64,000 nt of DNA, from positions 51,532 to 115,531 of IMG/VR virus record IMGVR_UViG_3300012973_001074; one strand, written 5' to 3'. How positions within the stretch are numbered: the first letter of the stretch is position 1; each line of letters starts with the position of its first letter. This document shows, piece after piece, positions 1-8,911 of the stretch. A model generated the notes under the pieces. The model ran no database searches, was not told the origin of the DNA, and worked only from the letters and a program-made list of their open reading frames with translations. The position numbers and the translations under genes are program-made. Source of the DNA: a virus. Taxonomy: Duplodnaviria > Caudoviricetes.

Positions 1-83
1 TTTCGTGCGGATGCGAGCGCGTCCGCGGAGTCGTCGGGCCCCGGTGTTGTCAGTTGGCAATTCGGTCGGCTAGCGTGGATCGA

Positions 84-707
84 ATGAGAATTGTCACTCT
101 CGTCGGATTCGTCGCTCTGGTCGGTGCGTGCTCCAGGGGGAACGCCATTGGTCCCGATGACCGGCACCCGGACGGGCAGCAGAACCAGGACCCTTCGAAG
201 GACGATCCCTCCGACCCTTCGAAGCCGACCCCGTCAGACCCTTCGAAAGCCGGGACGAGCGGTTCGCGGTTGAAGGCGCGCTACTACGAGGGCGAGGACG
301 GCTCGAAGCAGTTCATCGGCTGGTGGGACTCGCAGCGGCAGGAAGACTGTGTGATGGTGCCAGCCAAGGATGGGAAGCTGCGCTGCCTACCGGCGGCAAA
401 TGTCGCCATCACTGGCTACGCAGACGCGAACTGCAGCGTGCCTGTCGTGACGGTCCGCAAGGGCTGCGCTGCGCCGTCGGCGGCAATCGTTATGGAAACG
501 TCAGGGAACGTATCCTGCAGCCTGGGATACGCGTACGCCGCGTACGGTGTAGACCCTGCGAAGTTCACCGGGACGTTGTACGGAGGCTCGCCTTCGACCT
601 GTAAGGTCACAACGGGCGAACCGTACGCCGAAACCATGGATTTTCACCGACTCAGCTCGGAAATTCCTCCGACCTCGTTCGTAGCGGTGAACCAGACGCA
701 CGACTAG
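84..707 (+). CDS. Cys-rich lipoprotein, myxobacterial type (moron)
   Basis: Lipobox LVGAC, Pro/Ser/Asp linker, SGSRLKARY..WDS..C motif. ATG at 84. Confidence 0.75.
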   Translation: MRIVTLVGFVALVGACSRGNAIGPDDRHPDGQQNQDPSKDDPSDPSKPTPSDPSKAGTSGSRLKARYYEGEDGSKQFIGWWDSQRQEDCVMVPAKDGKLRCLPAANVAITGYADANCSVPVVTVRKGCAAPSAAIVMETSGNVSCSLGYAYAAYGVDPAKFTGTLYGGSPSTCKVTTGEPYAETMDFHRLSSEIPPTSFVAVNQTHD

Positions 708-1606
708 TTGAGGCCGACTTCTTCGAGCTCGGGGAGGACGGGGTAGGCGATGCATCGGCAGTTGATGGGCTCGCCCGGGTGGCCCTCTTCGGGGTGACCG
801 TCGGCCCACGTGAAGCGCGCGCCTTCGAGGTCCTTGTGCTCGGGCCGCACGCGCTCGTCGTTGCTCGTCGTCCAGATGTACTCATCGATGCCCGCAGCGG
901 TTTGGCGCTCGCGGGTGATGTTCGCGTTGAGCGTGAGGATCTGGTCCCGCGCGAGCGCCTCGGCGCGCGACAGCGTGACATCGTCGAGCTGGCGCGCGAT
1001 CTCCTTGGCGAGCGTCTGCGCCGTGTGGCCTCGGCCCTCGCGAAGGATCCTCTCGATCTTCGCGAGCTGGTCCTTCTGCATGCCCGTGATGCGGGCGACG
1101 TTGTCCTTCCGCCAGCCGTCGATGAGCCACTTGAGGTGGGGCTCCTTCTCGACGTTGATCCCGAGGCGGGAGAACTCGCGCTGCGAGTGCTGCACGACGC
1201 GCTTGGCTGCGCGGTTCGATGTTCGTGAGAAGCCGGGTTCGTTGAAGGCATCGAAGCCTGCGAACTCCAGGTCCTCGAGAAGCTCGTCGAGCTCCGAGTC
1301 CTCGAGCAGCTCCAGGTCGAGATCCTCGAGCTCGTCACCCGGTGCATCGAGCCGCTCGGCAGCGTCGGTCTTCGTGACGCGGCGCTCAGCGGCGGCGGCG
1401 AGTTTTGGAAAGACGACCTTCCCGACGGCTCGTGCGAAGGCGGCCGCGATGCGGCGAAGCTCCAGCACCATCATCAGCTCGGCCCCGCGCGGCAGTTGAG
1501 GTGAGCGGGTGCGGCGGACGGCGTTGCTGGGAGGGCGTTGGGTCCTCTTCGGGAGCCTCGGTCGGCGAGGCCTTCGCGGCGGATGGCGCAGTGCTGCGCG
1601 AGCCAT
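704..1606 (-). CDS. Phage minor head morphogenesis protein (SPP1 gp7 / MuF family)
   Basis: RAEALARDQ, YIWTTSNDERVRPEH and HPGEPINCRC motifs; downstream of portal. Confidence 0.92.
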   Translation of the reverse strand: MARAALRHPPRRPRRPRLPKRTQRPPSNAVRRTRSPQLPRGAELMMVLELRRIAAAFARAVGKVVFPKLAAAAERRVTKTDAAERLDAPGDELEDLDLELLEDSELDELLEDLEFAGFDAFNEPGFSRTSNRAAKRVVQHSQREFSRLGINVEKEPHLKWLIDGWRKDNVARITGMQKDQLAKIERILREGRGHTAQTLAKEIARQLDDVTLSRAEALARDQILTLNANITRERQTAAGIDEYIWTTSNDERVRPEHKDLEGARFTWADGHPEEGHPGEPINCRCIAYPVLPELEEVGLN

Positions 1607-2107
1607 TCATGCCTGCGTCGGCTCGTCGTCGTTGTTCGCTGCAGGCTCGTCGGTGTTTGCTGCAGGTTCGTCGCCTGGCGGCGCGGGGAGCGCTTCCGGC
1701 GGCGGCGGCAGAGGAGGGATCGGCGGCGGCTCGGGCTCTTCGGGCTCGCTCGGCTGTTCGGGCTGTTCGGGCTCAGGGTCGGGATGCTGGGCAAGCATCT
1801 CGTCGTCCACGCCTTCGAGCATGATCAGCGCGAGATTGTCGACCGGGTCATACGTCAGCGTGACCATGCCCGACGGTGGCTCGATCCCGCGCGCGCGCAG
1901 CACATCGACCAAGCGGGCAGCGTCGGCGAACGCGGCGGGCGAAACGAGCGTGTTCAAGAGCACGAACGGCTCGGTCGATTCGTCGCCTTCGGCGCTGCCC
2001 GTCGTGTCGAACGCGTTGCGACGCAGCCATCGCACGGTCTCACGAATGCCGGGATCGAGCGCGTCATAGTCGATCGGCGGCAATCCGCCGGGGCTTGCAG
2101 GCATCAT
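1607..2107 (-). CDS. Hypothetical phage protein with acidic Pro-rich tail
   Basis: GGGAG RBS before ATG 2107; stop abuts the MuF start; DPGIRETVRWL..FDTTGSAEG. Confidence 0.65.
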   Translation of the reverse strand: MMPASPGGLPPIDYDALDPGIRETVRWLRRNAFDTTGSAEGDESTEPFVLLNTLVSPAAFADAARLVDVLRARGIEPPSGMVTLTYDPVDNLALIMLEGVDDEMLAQHPDPEPEQPEQPSEPEEPEPPPIPPLPPPPEALPAPPGDEPAANTDEPAANNDDEPTQA

Positions 2108-2234
2108 GGATCGTGCTCCCTTCGAGGTCGGCGCTGACTCCCAATTGAACGTCGATTGAATGTCGAAAAACGAAAGAAAGTTCGATGGTTGACTGTGTCT
2201 GGCCTCGTCGGCCATCATCTGCGTCACGACGAAG

Positions 2235-2768
2235 ATGACGAGCAAGACGAAGACGAAGACGAGGCCGAAGACGAAGACGAAGGCGAAGGCGAAGGCGAAG
2301 GACCCGTTCGACGACTTCCCGGCGCGCCTCAAGGCGGCGCGAGAGCGGTGCGGGTATGGAGTGAACGAGCTAGACCGGCTCGTGGGCGTCTCCGTCGGGC
2401 AGACCTCGCGGCTCGAGCTCGGTGCGCGGCCGCGCGTGAGCATAGAGACCGTCGCGAAGTTCGCGCGCGTTCTCGATGTCACCATCGACTGGCTGTGGAA
2501 CGGACCGGTCCCTTCGGGAGGAGTGAAGGTCCTGCAGCGGGGGGCTCGGAGGGAGCCGCGTTACGTGCCCTCGACCCTGCGGCGAGCCATCGGGAGGCCT
2601 CTTGAGGAAGTCGCCGAGAAGGCGGGTATCGGACTGACCAATGTGGCGCGCGTCGAGGCCGGGGAGAACGCGACCCTCGCGGACCTCGCGGGCTTCGCCA
2701 AGGGTATCGACATGAAGCTTGAAGTCGCCTTCGTCGCAGGCGAGCGGCGCTACCGCATCGACGTGTGA
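2235..2768 (+). CDS. XRE-family regulator with two HTH domains
   Basis: RLKAARERCG..ELDRLVGVS..SRLELG and a second LEEVAEKAGIG..VARVEAG. Confidence 0.85.
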   Translation: MTSKTKTKTRPKTKTKAKAKAKDPFDDFPARLKAARERCGYGVNELDRLVGVSVGQTSRLELGARPRVSIETVAKFARVLDVTIDWLWNGPVPSGGVKVLQRGARREPRYVPSTLRRAIGRPLEEVAEKAGIGLTNVARVEAGENATLADLAGFAKGIDMKLEVAFVAGERRYRIDV

Positions 2769-2985
2769 GCCGGCTCTTGCGCGACCGCGATGGCGTTCGT
2801 AGGTTGCGACGCCTCGGAGCCCACACGCAAACTGTCCTCGGTAGGCGAGGGCTGCTTTAGGGAAGCAGATGCGCCGGTGCGACTCCGGCCTCGCGCTCCG
2901 AGCACTCGGTCCCGCTGGCAGACGCTGGCGGGGCCGTCGCGTGTCGGGGTTGAGTCCGCCTGGAATTCGCGATGGACTTGCGGCA

Positions 2986-3636
2986 ATGGAGTCCGCCGTC
3001 ATCACTGCTCTCGCTGCGATCGGCGGCGTGGTCCTTGGTGCATACCTGACACGGAAGAACGCCTTGGCCGTCGCCGAACTGTCGGCGAAGACGGCACGGG
3101 AGCAGGAGCTTGAGCGCGAACGGAGAGCGCTCGCCCGCGACCGGCTGGAGCGGCAGTTCGAAGCAAGGCTCGCCGTGCAGCGATTCGTTCTGAACAACTT
3201 GAACGGCCCTGGTTGGTCGGACCCGGGCGTCCGAGAGGAGGCAGCTCAGATTGCGGGACGGGTAGCATCCGCCTTCACTGCGCCACGCTTCGCAGCGTTC
3301 CTCTACGAGGTGCTCTTCTACGAAGTCGCGCTCCCGATCCGTCCTGGAATGTTCCAGAAGGCGCCACGAACGATGACGGAGAGCCAGCTCTTGGCGCTCT
3401 GGAACCGAAGCGACAAGGAGATGTTGCGCGTCATCGAAGAGACGGTGCGCGTGTCCGGCTATGGCGAGCTGGAGATCCCGAAGGTTCCTTCGAAAGATGA
3501 GGCAGTCAAGGAAGCGCCGCGGACGCGAATCGCGTCCCTGTCCGCGGCGTCCGCGAGCGAGCCAACTGCAGCAGACCCGGAGGCTTCGGAGGAGGCGGCA
3601 GCGCTATCGGACTCGCGGCGCGCTCGGGGCGGCTGA
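2986..3636 (+). CDS. Membrane-anchored hypothetical protein (moron)
   Basis: N-terminal TM segment AVITALAAIGGVVLGAYL followed by a coiled coil. Confidence 0.7.
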   Translation: MESAVITALAAIGGVVLGAYLTRKNALAVAELSAKTAREQELERERRALARDRLERQFEARLAVQRFVLNNLNGPGWSDPGVREEAAQIAGRVASAFTAPRFAAFLYEVLFYEVALPIRPGMFQKAPRTMTESQLLALWNRSDKEMLRVIEETVRVSGYGELEIPKVPSKDEAVKEAPRTRIASLSAASASEPTAADPEASEEAAALSDSRRARGG

Positions 3637-3663
3637 GCCGGGCTGTCATGCTGGCGCTTCGCT

Positions 3664-3682
3664 TTCGGACGCGGTGTCTGAA
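3664..3682. promoter_or_regulatory. Palindromic operator copy TTCGGAC-GCGGT-GTCTGAA
   Basis: Matches the seven other copies of TTCGGAC-N5-GTCCG(T/A)A in the window. Confidence 0.65.
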
Positions 3683-3775
3683 ACCGAAAGCGGCCCAGAA
3701 AGCCCGTCATTTCGCCGTGTAGCGCGACCGGTCGCCGCGCGGTACACTTCTAGTGGACCCGGAAGGAGGGTCTGG

Positions 3776-3967
3776 ATGAATGCGAAGTCCCCGAAGACGG
3801 TAGAGGCACCGAAGCCAGGCAAGTCGAGCCTGGACATGTTCAACGAGGCCTACGCGAAAGCGATGGCCGAGGAAGCCGAGGAGACCGAGAACCTCCCGAA
3901 GGCCTTCACGCCGGAGGAGAGCCTGGTCGAGGTCGTGGACGACGACGACAAGCACTTCGGCGTCTAG
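3776..3967 (+). CDS. Small acidic protein (63 aa) convergent on the zeta-domain gene; candidate antitoxin
   Basis: Strong AAGGAGG RBS; stop overlaps the stop of 3964..5916. Confidence 0.65.
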   Translation: MNAKSPKTVEAPKPGKSSLDMFNEAYAKAMAEEAEETENLPKAFTPEESLVEVVDDDDKHFGV

Positions 3968-5916
3968 CCGCCGCGTTTCCTCTGCAGCTTGACCTTGTGG
4001 CCGTTGGCCGCGTCGTAGACCGTGAGGTTCGGCGCGGCCGCGTGAATTTTGTCGCGGGCCTTTTCGATCTTCGCGTACGTGCCGCGGATGACGTGCTCGG
4101 GCACGTAGCGCCCTGAGCCCTCGGCGCGCGAGGCGGCGCGCCGGACGCCCTCGTCCGGGTTCAGGTCAGGGTGGTGCACGTGGACGTCGTAGCCCTTCGC
4201 TTCGAGGTGGTTCATCAGCGCGATGAACTTGTCGGCGTTGCCGCCCGTGCCGTCGATGATCACGTGGTGCCCGCGGTCGACGGCGCGGTCCCGGATCTGC
4301 TTGGCGACGGCGCTCGACTCCTCGTGCACCTGCGCGGCCGCGCCTCGGAACGTCGGGCCGGCGCTCGGGTCCTTCGGAACGCTCGCCTTGTACTCGGGGA
4401 GCTGGGACTTCACTTCGTCCGGATCGACGTGGACGAAGCGCGACGTGTCGAGACCGTGTTTCGCGAGCTTGCCGAGCACGACGCCTTTGCCGCTCGCCGG
4501 TCCGCCCATCGTGAGGATCGCGATGGGCTTCTCGCCGAGCTCGCCGGCGGTCTTCTTGCCATCGAAGGCGGGCGCGATGAGCTCGCGTTCGTGAAAGGCG
4601 GCGCGCTCGGGCGAGGGCTTGCCGCCTTCGTCCGGGTGCTTGTCGTAGTGGTCCTTCCAGGTCTCGTTGCTCTTGCCCATCAGCTGGCCGGACCACGAGC
4701 CGTCGGGGTTCTCGGTGCCGACCCAGGTGCGACCGGGCTTGAGCGGTTCGTCCTTCGCCGGGGCGGGCTGCTTCTGCGCGCTCGGCGGGACCTTGTCGTG
4801 CGTGCTCGAGAAGTCCCCCGCGGGCCCGCCGCTGCCGCCTCTACCACCGACCTTGTGCAGGCCCGGGCCGGGCGGTCCCTCGCGGTCGCTGCCGCCGCTG
4901 CCGGAGCCGATGCTCGTCCAGCGTCCCTCCTCGTCGCGCGGAACGCCTTCCCACTCGTCCGCGTCCGTGCGCTCTTCACCCGCTTCGAGACCGAATTGCG
5001 CGGCGAGCTGCCTCCACGCCCATTCGAGCTGCTTGTCGGTGAGCTTCGGGTTCTCGCGCTTCGCCTCGGCGAGCCACTGACCCTTGTACTTGCGTGGGTT
5101 CGCTGCGAGCTCGTCGAGGAACTCGTCGCGCGCACGCTTTTCCGTGTCGCTCACGCCCGGCTTCGCATCGGTGCGCGTCTTTTCGAGGCGCATCGTGACG
5201 TAGTCGGGGTGATCGAACCGGTCGTAGTCCCAGTCGGTCGCCGCGTACTCAGAGTTGAACGCATCGCGCGTCGCCTCCTTGAAGCCGACCTTCTCGTAGA
5301 GCTTGTTGAGGGTCGGCCCGTAGCACTCGACGTAGTTGACGCCGTAGTTGTCGACGACGTGACGAAGGAGCTCGACGCCGATGCCCTTCTGGCCACCCTG
5401 GTTGAAGAGCGCTGTCGCCTCGATGCGCCCGTCACCGTGGTCTTTGACCGCGACGCCGGCCTTGCCGTCGGGGCTCATGACGCAGCTCATCTTCCCCAGG
5501 TCTTCGACCCCATAGTGCGAGACGTGATGCTTGAACGGGGAGTCCTTGAACGCAGAGTCGAAGGCCGCCTTGAACTTGTCGGCCTTCTCGCGCACGGGCG
5601 AGACCGCGGCGCGCGCGCCCTCGGCGCTCTTCCAGTCGCCCGAGCTCGAGCCGCCGCCCTTGCCGCCGGGACGGTGCACACCGATGCCCGCGTCGGTCCC
5701 CGCTGAGGTGTCGCCGCCGCTGCTCGTCCAGAGGCCCTTCTCGTCGCGCGGGACCTCCTCCCAGCCTTCGGCGTCCGTGCGTTTCTGCTGCTTGTCGCGA
5801 GAGCCGGTGAGCCCTTCCTGCTCCTTCCTGGCCGCCGCGCCGGGCTCGGGCTCGTCGCCGTCGAAGACGAAGCCGCCGAGCTCGGACGAGATGAACCGGT
5901 CCGCGCGCGTCGTCAT
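3964..5916 (-). CDS. Multidomain virion-associated protein: GNAT-like acetyltransferase + zeta-toxin-like P-loop kinase
   Basis: GNAT: ALFNQGGQKGIGVELL..ECYGPTLNKLYEKVGF. Zeta: MGGPASGKG, DPDEVK, HEESS, IIDGT, SGRYVP. Confidence 0.85.
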   Translation of the reverse strand: MTTRADRFISSELGGFVFDGDEPEPGAAARKEQEGLTGSRDKQQKRTDAEGWEEVPRDEKGLWTSSGGDTSAGTDAGIGVHRPGGKGGGSSSGDWKSAEGARAAVSPVREKADKFKAAFDSAFKDSPFKHHVSHYGVEDLGKMSCVMSPDGKAGVAVKDHGDGRIEATALFNQGGQKGIGVELLRHVVDNYGVNYVECYGPTLNKLYEKVGFKEATRDAFNSEYAATDWDYDRFDHPDYVTMRLEKTRTDAKPGVSDTEKRARDEFLDELAANPRKYKGQWLAEAKRENPKLTDKQLEWAWRQLAAQFGLEAGEERTDADEWEGVPRDEEGRWTSIGSGSGGSDREGPPGPGLHKVGGRGGSGGPAGDFSSTHDKVPPSAQKQPAPAKDEPLKPGRTWVGTENPDGSWSGQLMGKSNETWKDHYDKHPDEGGKPSPERAAFHERELIAPAFDGKKTAGELGEKPIAILTMGGPASGKGVVLGKLAKHGLDTSRFVHVDPDEVKSQLPEYKASVPKDPSAGPTFRGAAAQVHEESSAVAKQIRDRAVDRGHHVIIDGTGGNADKFIALMNHLEAKGYDVHVHHPDLNPDEGVRRAASRAEGSGRYVPEHVIRGTYAKIEKARDKIHAAAPNLTVYDAANGHKVKLQRKRGG

Positions 5917-8834
5917 TGGACCTCCTCGGCATCGATGAGAAGACGCGGCGGGCGACCGATCTCGAGGTCGACCTGCGCGTAGCTTTCGCGCTTCACCGAC
6001 CTGATCCGGAACCGTGTTCCCTTCGGGAGGAGGACCTCGGCTTCGTTCTGGTACTCGGACGCGCCGGAGACCGTGACGCCGCTCTTGTGCTGCACGCGAA
6101 TCACGGCATCGAATCCGTGGGGCAGGACCGCTGCGGTGGCGCCGCGATCGAGGTCCTCCTTTTCGAGGCTCGCGAACTGGGTCGCGACGTCTCGGTGATC
6201 GGAGAAGCTCGTCATCGAGTCGAGCGTGAACGTCTGCGAGTTGAGCATCTTCTCGACGACGCGCGGCGGGACCTGCTTGAGACCGCGGTAGACGGTCCCT
6301 GGCGTTGGGGGCACGTCGCGGAAGATGCCGTTCAGGTGCTCGATCGCCTGCTGCGCGCGCTCGGTGTGGTCCGCCGCGGACGAGGCCCCGTGCAGGAACT
6401 GCTTAGCGAGCTCCTCGGGCGTGCGGACGTGCTGGTCGCCATAGCGATCGGGCTGGGAGCGATACAGCGTCCCGGCTTCGTTCAGCGTGTAGCCGGACTC
6501 GGCGATCCGCTGGTCGAGATGCGCCTGCGTCGCGCGCGTGACCTCTTCGGGATCCGCTCCCGATTCGAGCTTGCGGATCGAAGTGTCGTAGCCCTTCGTG
6601 TACTGCGAGAGCGCATCGTAGTGCTCATCGCGGAGCTTGCTCGCGACGGCCTCCGCAGCGTCGAGGTGAGCGCGCTCGTTGAACGTGTTGCGCGTGTCTT
6701 CCTCGGTTGCGGCCTGCGAGCGGATGACGCGCGCGAGGGCCGCTCTCTCGCTCGCTCGCTCTGCAATCGGAGGCGGCTCGCCATTCTTGAAGAGGTGCTC
6801 TTCGTCGAAGTCTGCGAGCGCCTTCGCCTGCTCGCGCGACAGGCCGCGTGACTCGAGGCGATCGATTCGCTCGGCGACGTCGCCTGATACGCCCTCGCTC
6901 TCGACGATGCTGCTGATGCGCGCGCTCTTGTCGCCAGACCGAGGCTCAGAGCTCGAGTCACCGTCCTTCGGCGTGAACCGGCCCCCATCGGGCTCGCCAG
7001 CCGGCACGCGTTCGACGTTCGCCTCGTCCCAGTCGTCGGTGCGGACCGCGTCGTCGAGGAAGCGGATCTCGGTCTTGCCGCCGTGTCCGTGGATCTCGCG
7101 GACCTCGTCGAGCGAGTCGAAGAGCGTCGTCGAGCGGTGCTTCGTGAGCCAGCGCATGGCGACGGTGCCGTCCTCGAAGACGGCTCCGTGAGCGACGACG
7201 CCGGTACCGGAGACGCCGGTCTCGTCCTCGATGCGGTAGAGCTCGAAGAGGCGCGGACCGCTCGTCGCGTCCGTGCGCACGCGCGCGCGCTCGTAGTCGT
7301 CTTGGGTCGGCTTCGGCTTCTGCGCGACGCCGGGCGGAAGCTGCGGGGGACCTCCCTGCTGGGGGCCTCCCTGCTGCGGGGGACCTCCCTGCGGGGGCGG
7401 ACCTCCCATGCCCGGAGGGGCGCCCGGTCCGCCCATCTCCGTCGGGTCGGGCGGGTTCTCCATTTGCTCGAGGTCGGCCTCGAGCACGGCCTGGCGCGCC
7501 TTGATGGCGTCGTCGGAGAGCCGGACCTCGTCCTCGAAGCCGCCGGCGATGCCGAAGCGCGCGATGGCGACCTCCTCGGGCAGCAGGACCTGGGCCTGGA
7601 TGTACGTCGAGTCCCGCTGCGCGATCGCGCTCTGGCGCTGCGCCTGCACGAGCGGTGTCTCGGTCCAGAGCGGGGTGAACTTGACCGTGAGCGACTTTGG
7701 CCGCGTGCGCGTCGGCGACGCCTTCGACTGCAGCCAGATGACGAGCAGGCGCCGGATCTTCGGCGCGAGCATCGTCGTCTGCTCGGCGCGGATGCGGTCG
7801 TAGAACCAGCGGAAGTCGCTCTCGCCCGTGGCGTTCATGCCGGCGGGCGACTGGCCCATCAGGATGGTGACGGGGATCTGCACCGCCGCGGCGAGGCGGA
7901 GCATGAACTTTTCGAGCGTCGCGGGGATCTCGCTGAACGAGACGGAGTGCCGCGTGAACTCCTCCTTCGCGTCAGCATCGACGACGATGGCGCGCATCAC
8001 CGAGCGGTAGAGCTCGATGATCTGCAGGCGCGCCTGGAGCTTCGCCTGCTCGTTGGCGCCGATCATCTCGGCGAGACCGGTCATCTTGAAGATGGCCTGG
8101 TTGCCGTCGGTGAGCAGCGTCTCGACGGCCGCCCATCCGGTGTTGAACGAGCGCAGCACGTTGTACGCGCGCTGCAGGACGGACATGTCCCAGCCGAAGA
8201 GCTGCTGCCGCTCGCGGATGCCCGTCGATGCTCCGCGGAAGAGGATGAGCCGCGACTCGTGGACAAGCATCGTCGGCGACGACTTGGCCCCGGCCGCGGT
8301 GACGGCGTACGTCTTGGGCGTGCCGAACTTCGGGCCCGGTTCCTCGTAGAAGTCGACGGGCCAGAGAAGTCGGCGATCGAGCGGGTAGAGCCACTCTACG
8401 TCGTTCGCGCGCGCGGGCTTGAGCGGCTTCCAGGCCTCCTGGCCGTCGTCGGCACCGATGAGGACGGCGCCGCCGCCGTAGCAGCGGCCCCACTTGGACC
8501 CTTCTTGGAAGTTGCCGCGGACGTCGAGCGCGTCGAACTTCTCCTGGATGACCTCGTCGAGCTTCGGGTCGCCGGTCTCGATCGAGAACGGCTCGCGAAG
8601 CATCTCCTGCGGGACGACGTCGACCATGCGCGCCGCCATGTCGTCTGCGTGATAGAGCGCGGAGAGCTCGACATCCTCGAGCATCCGGTTCGGTAGGACG
8701 TAGCCGTAGGTCGTCTTGTCGCGCGCGGTGCCGAAGCCGGTGACCTCGTTGATCCACGCGTCGAAGCGCGACGTAGCGCGTGCGCGGAAGGCGCCGAGCG
8801 CCTCGCGCATCTTGATCGACGCGGAGTTCAGCAT
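5913..8834 (-). CDS. DUF1073/HI1409-type phage portal fused to a small beta domain and a C-terminal VIP2-like ADP-ribosyltransferase
   Basis: Portal: LSALY..MAARMVDVVPQEMLR, IPVTILMGQSPAGMNATGESD. ART R-S-E triad: VYRGL, MTSFS, QNEAEVLLPKG. Confidence 0.9.
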   Translation of the reverse strand: MLNSASIKMREALGAFRARATSRFDAWINEVTGFGTARDKTTYGYVLPNRMLEDVELSALYHADDMAARMVDVVPQEMLREPFSIETGDPKLDEVIQEKFDALDVRGNFQEGSKWGRCYGGGAVLIGADDGQEAWKPLKPARANDVEWLYPLDRRLLWPVDFYEEPGPKFGTPKTYAVTAAGAKSSPTMLVHESRLILFRGASTGIRERQQLFGWDMSVLQRAYNVLRSFNTGWAAVETLLTDGNQAIFKMTGLAEMIGANEQAKLQARLQIIELYRSVMRAIVVDADAKEEFTRHSVSFSEIPATLEKFMLRLAAAVQIPVTILMGQSPAGMNATGESDFRWFYDRIRAEQTTMLAPKIRRLLVIWLQSKASPTRTRPKSLTVKFTPLWTETPLVQAQRQSAIAQRDSTYIQAQVLLPEEVAIARFGIAGGFEDEVRLSDDAIKARQAVLEADLEQMENPPDPTEMGGPGAPPGMGGPPPQGGPPQQGGPQQGGPPQLPPGVAQKPKPTQDDYERARVRTDATSGPRLFELYRIEDETGVSGTGVVAHGAVFEDGTVAMRWLTKHRSTTLFDSLDEVREIHGHGGKTEIRFLDDAVRTDDWDEANVERVPAGEPDGGRFTPKDGDSSSEPRSGDKSARISSIVESEGVSGDVAERIDRLESRGLSREQAKALADFDEEHLFKNGEPPPIAERASERAALARVIRSQAATEEDTRNTFNERAHLDAAEAVASKLRDEHYDALSQYTKGYDTSIRKLESGADPEEVTRATQAHLDQRIAESGYTLNEAGTLYRSQPDRYGDQHVRTPEELAKQFLHGASSAADHTERAQQAIEHLNGIFRDVPPTPGTVYRGLKQVPPRVVEKMLNSQTFTLDSMTSFSDHRDVATQFASLEKEDLDRGATAAVLPHGFDAVIRVQHKSGVTVSGASEYQNEAEVLLPKGTRFRIRSVKRESYAQVDLEIGRPPRLLIDAEEVQ

Positions 8835-8911
8835 GCGAAGCCCTCGACGGGAGATGGAAGGGACCTGCGCACGCCCAAACTGGTAGGGAGGCGCGCGCGA
8901 AAGCCGCGGAA

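Noticed and set aside
2225-2300. GACGAA-type microsatellite, and repeats at 7330-7400, 26035-26095 and 57495-57520
   Set aside because: Explained by low-complexity peptides (KTKT, PQQGG, QYPQG, IPIP).
4171-8696. Long plus-strand ORFs 4171-5706, 5916-6851 and 7083-8696
   Set aside because: Antisense shadows of well-supported genes, expected at high GC3; no motifs.
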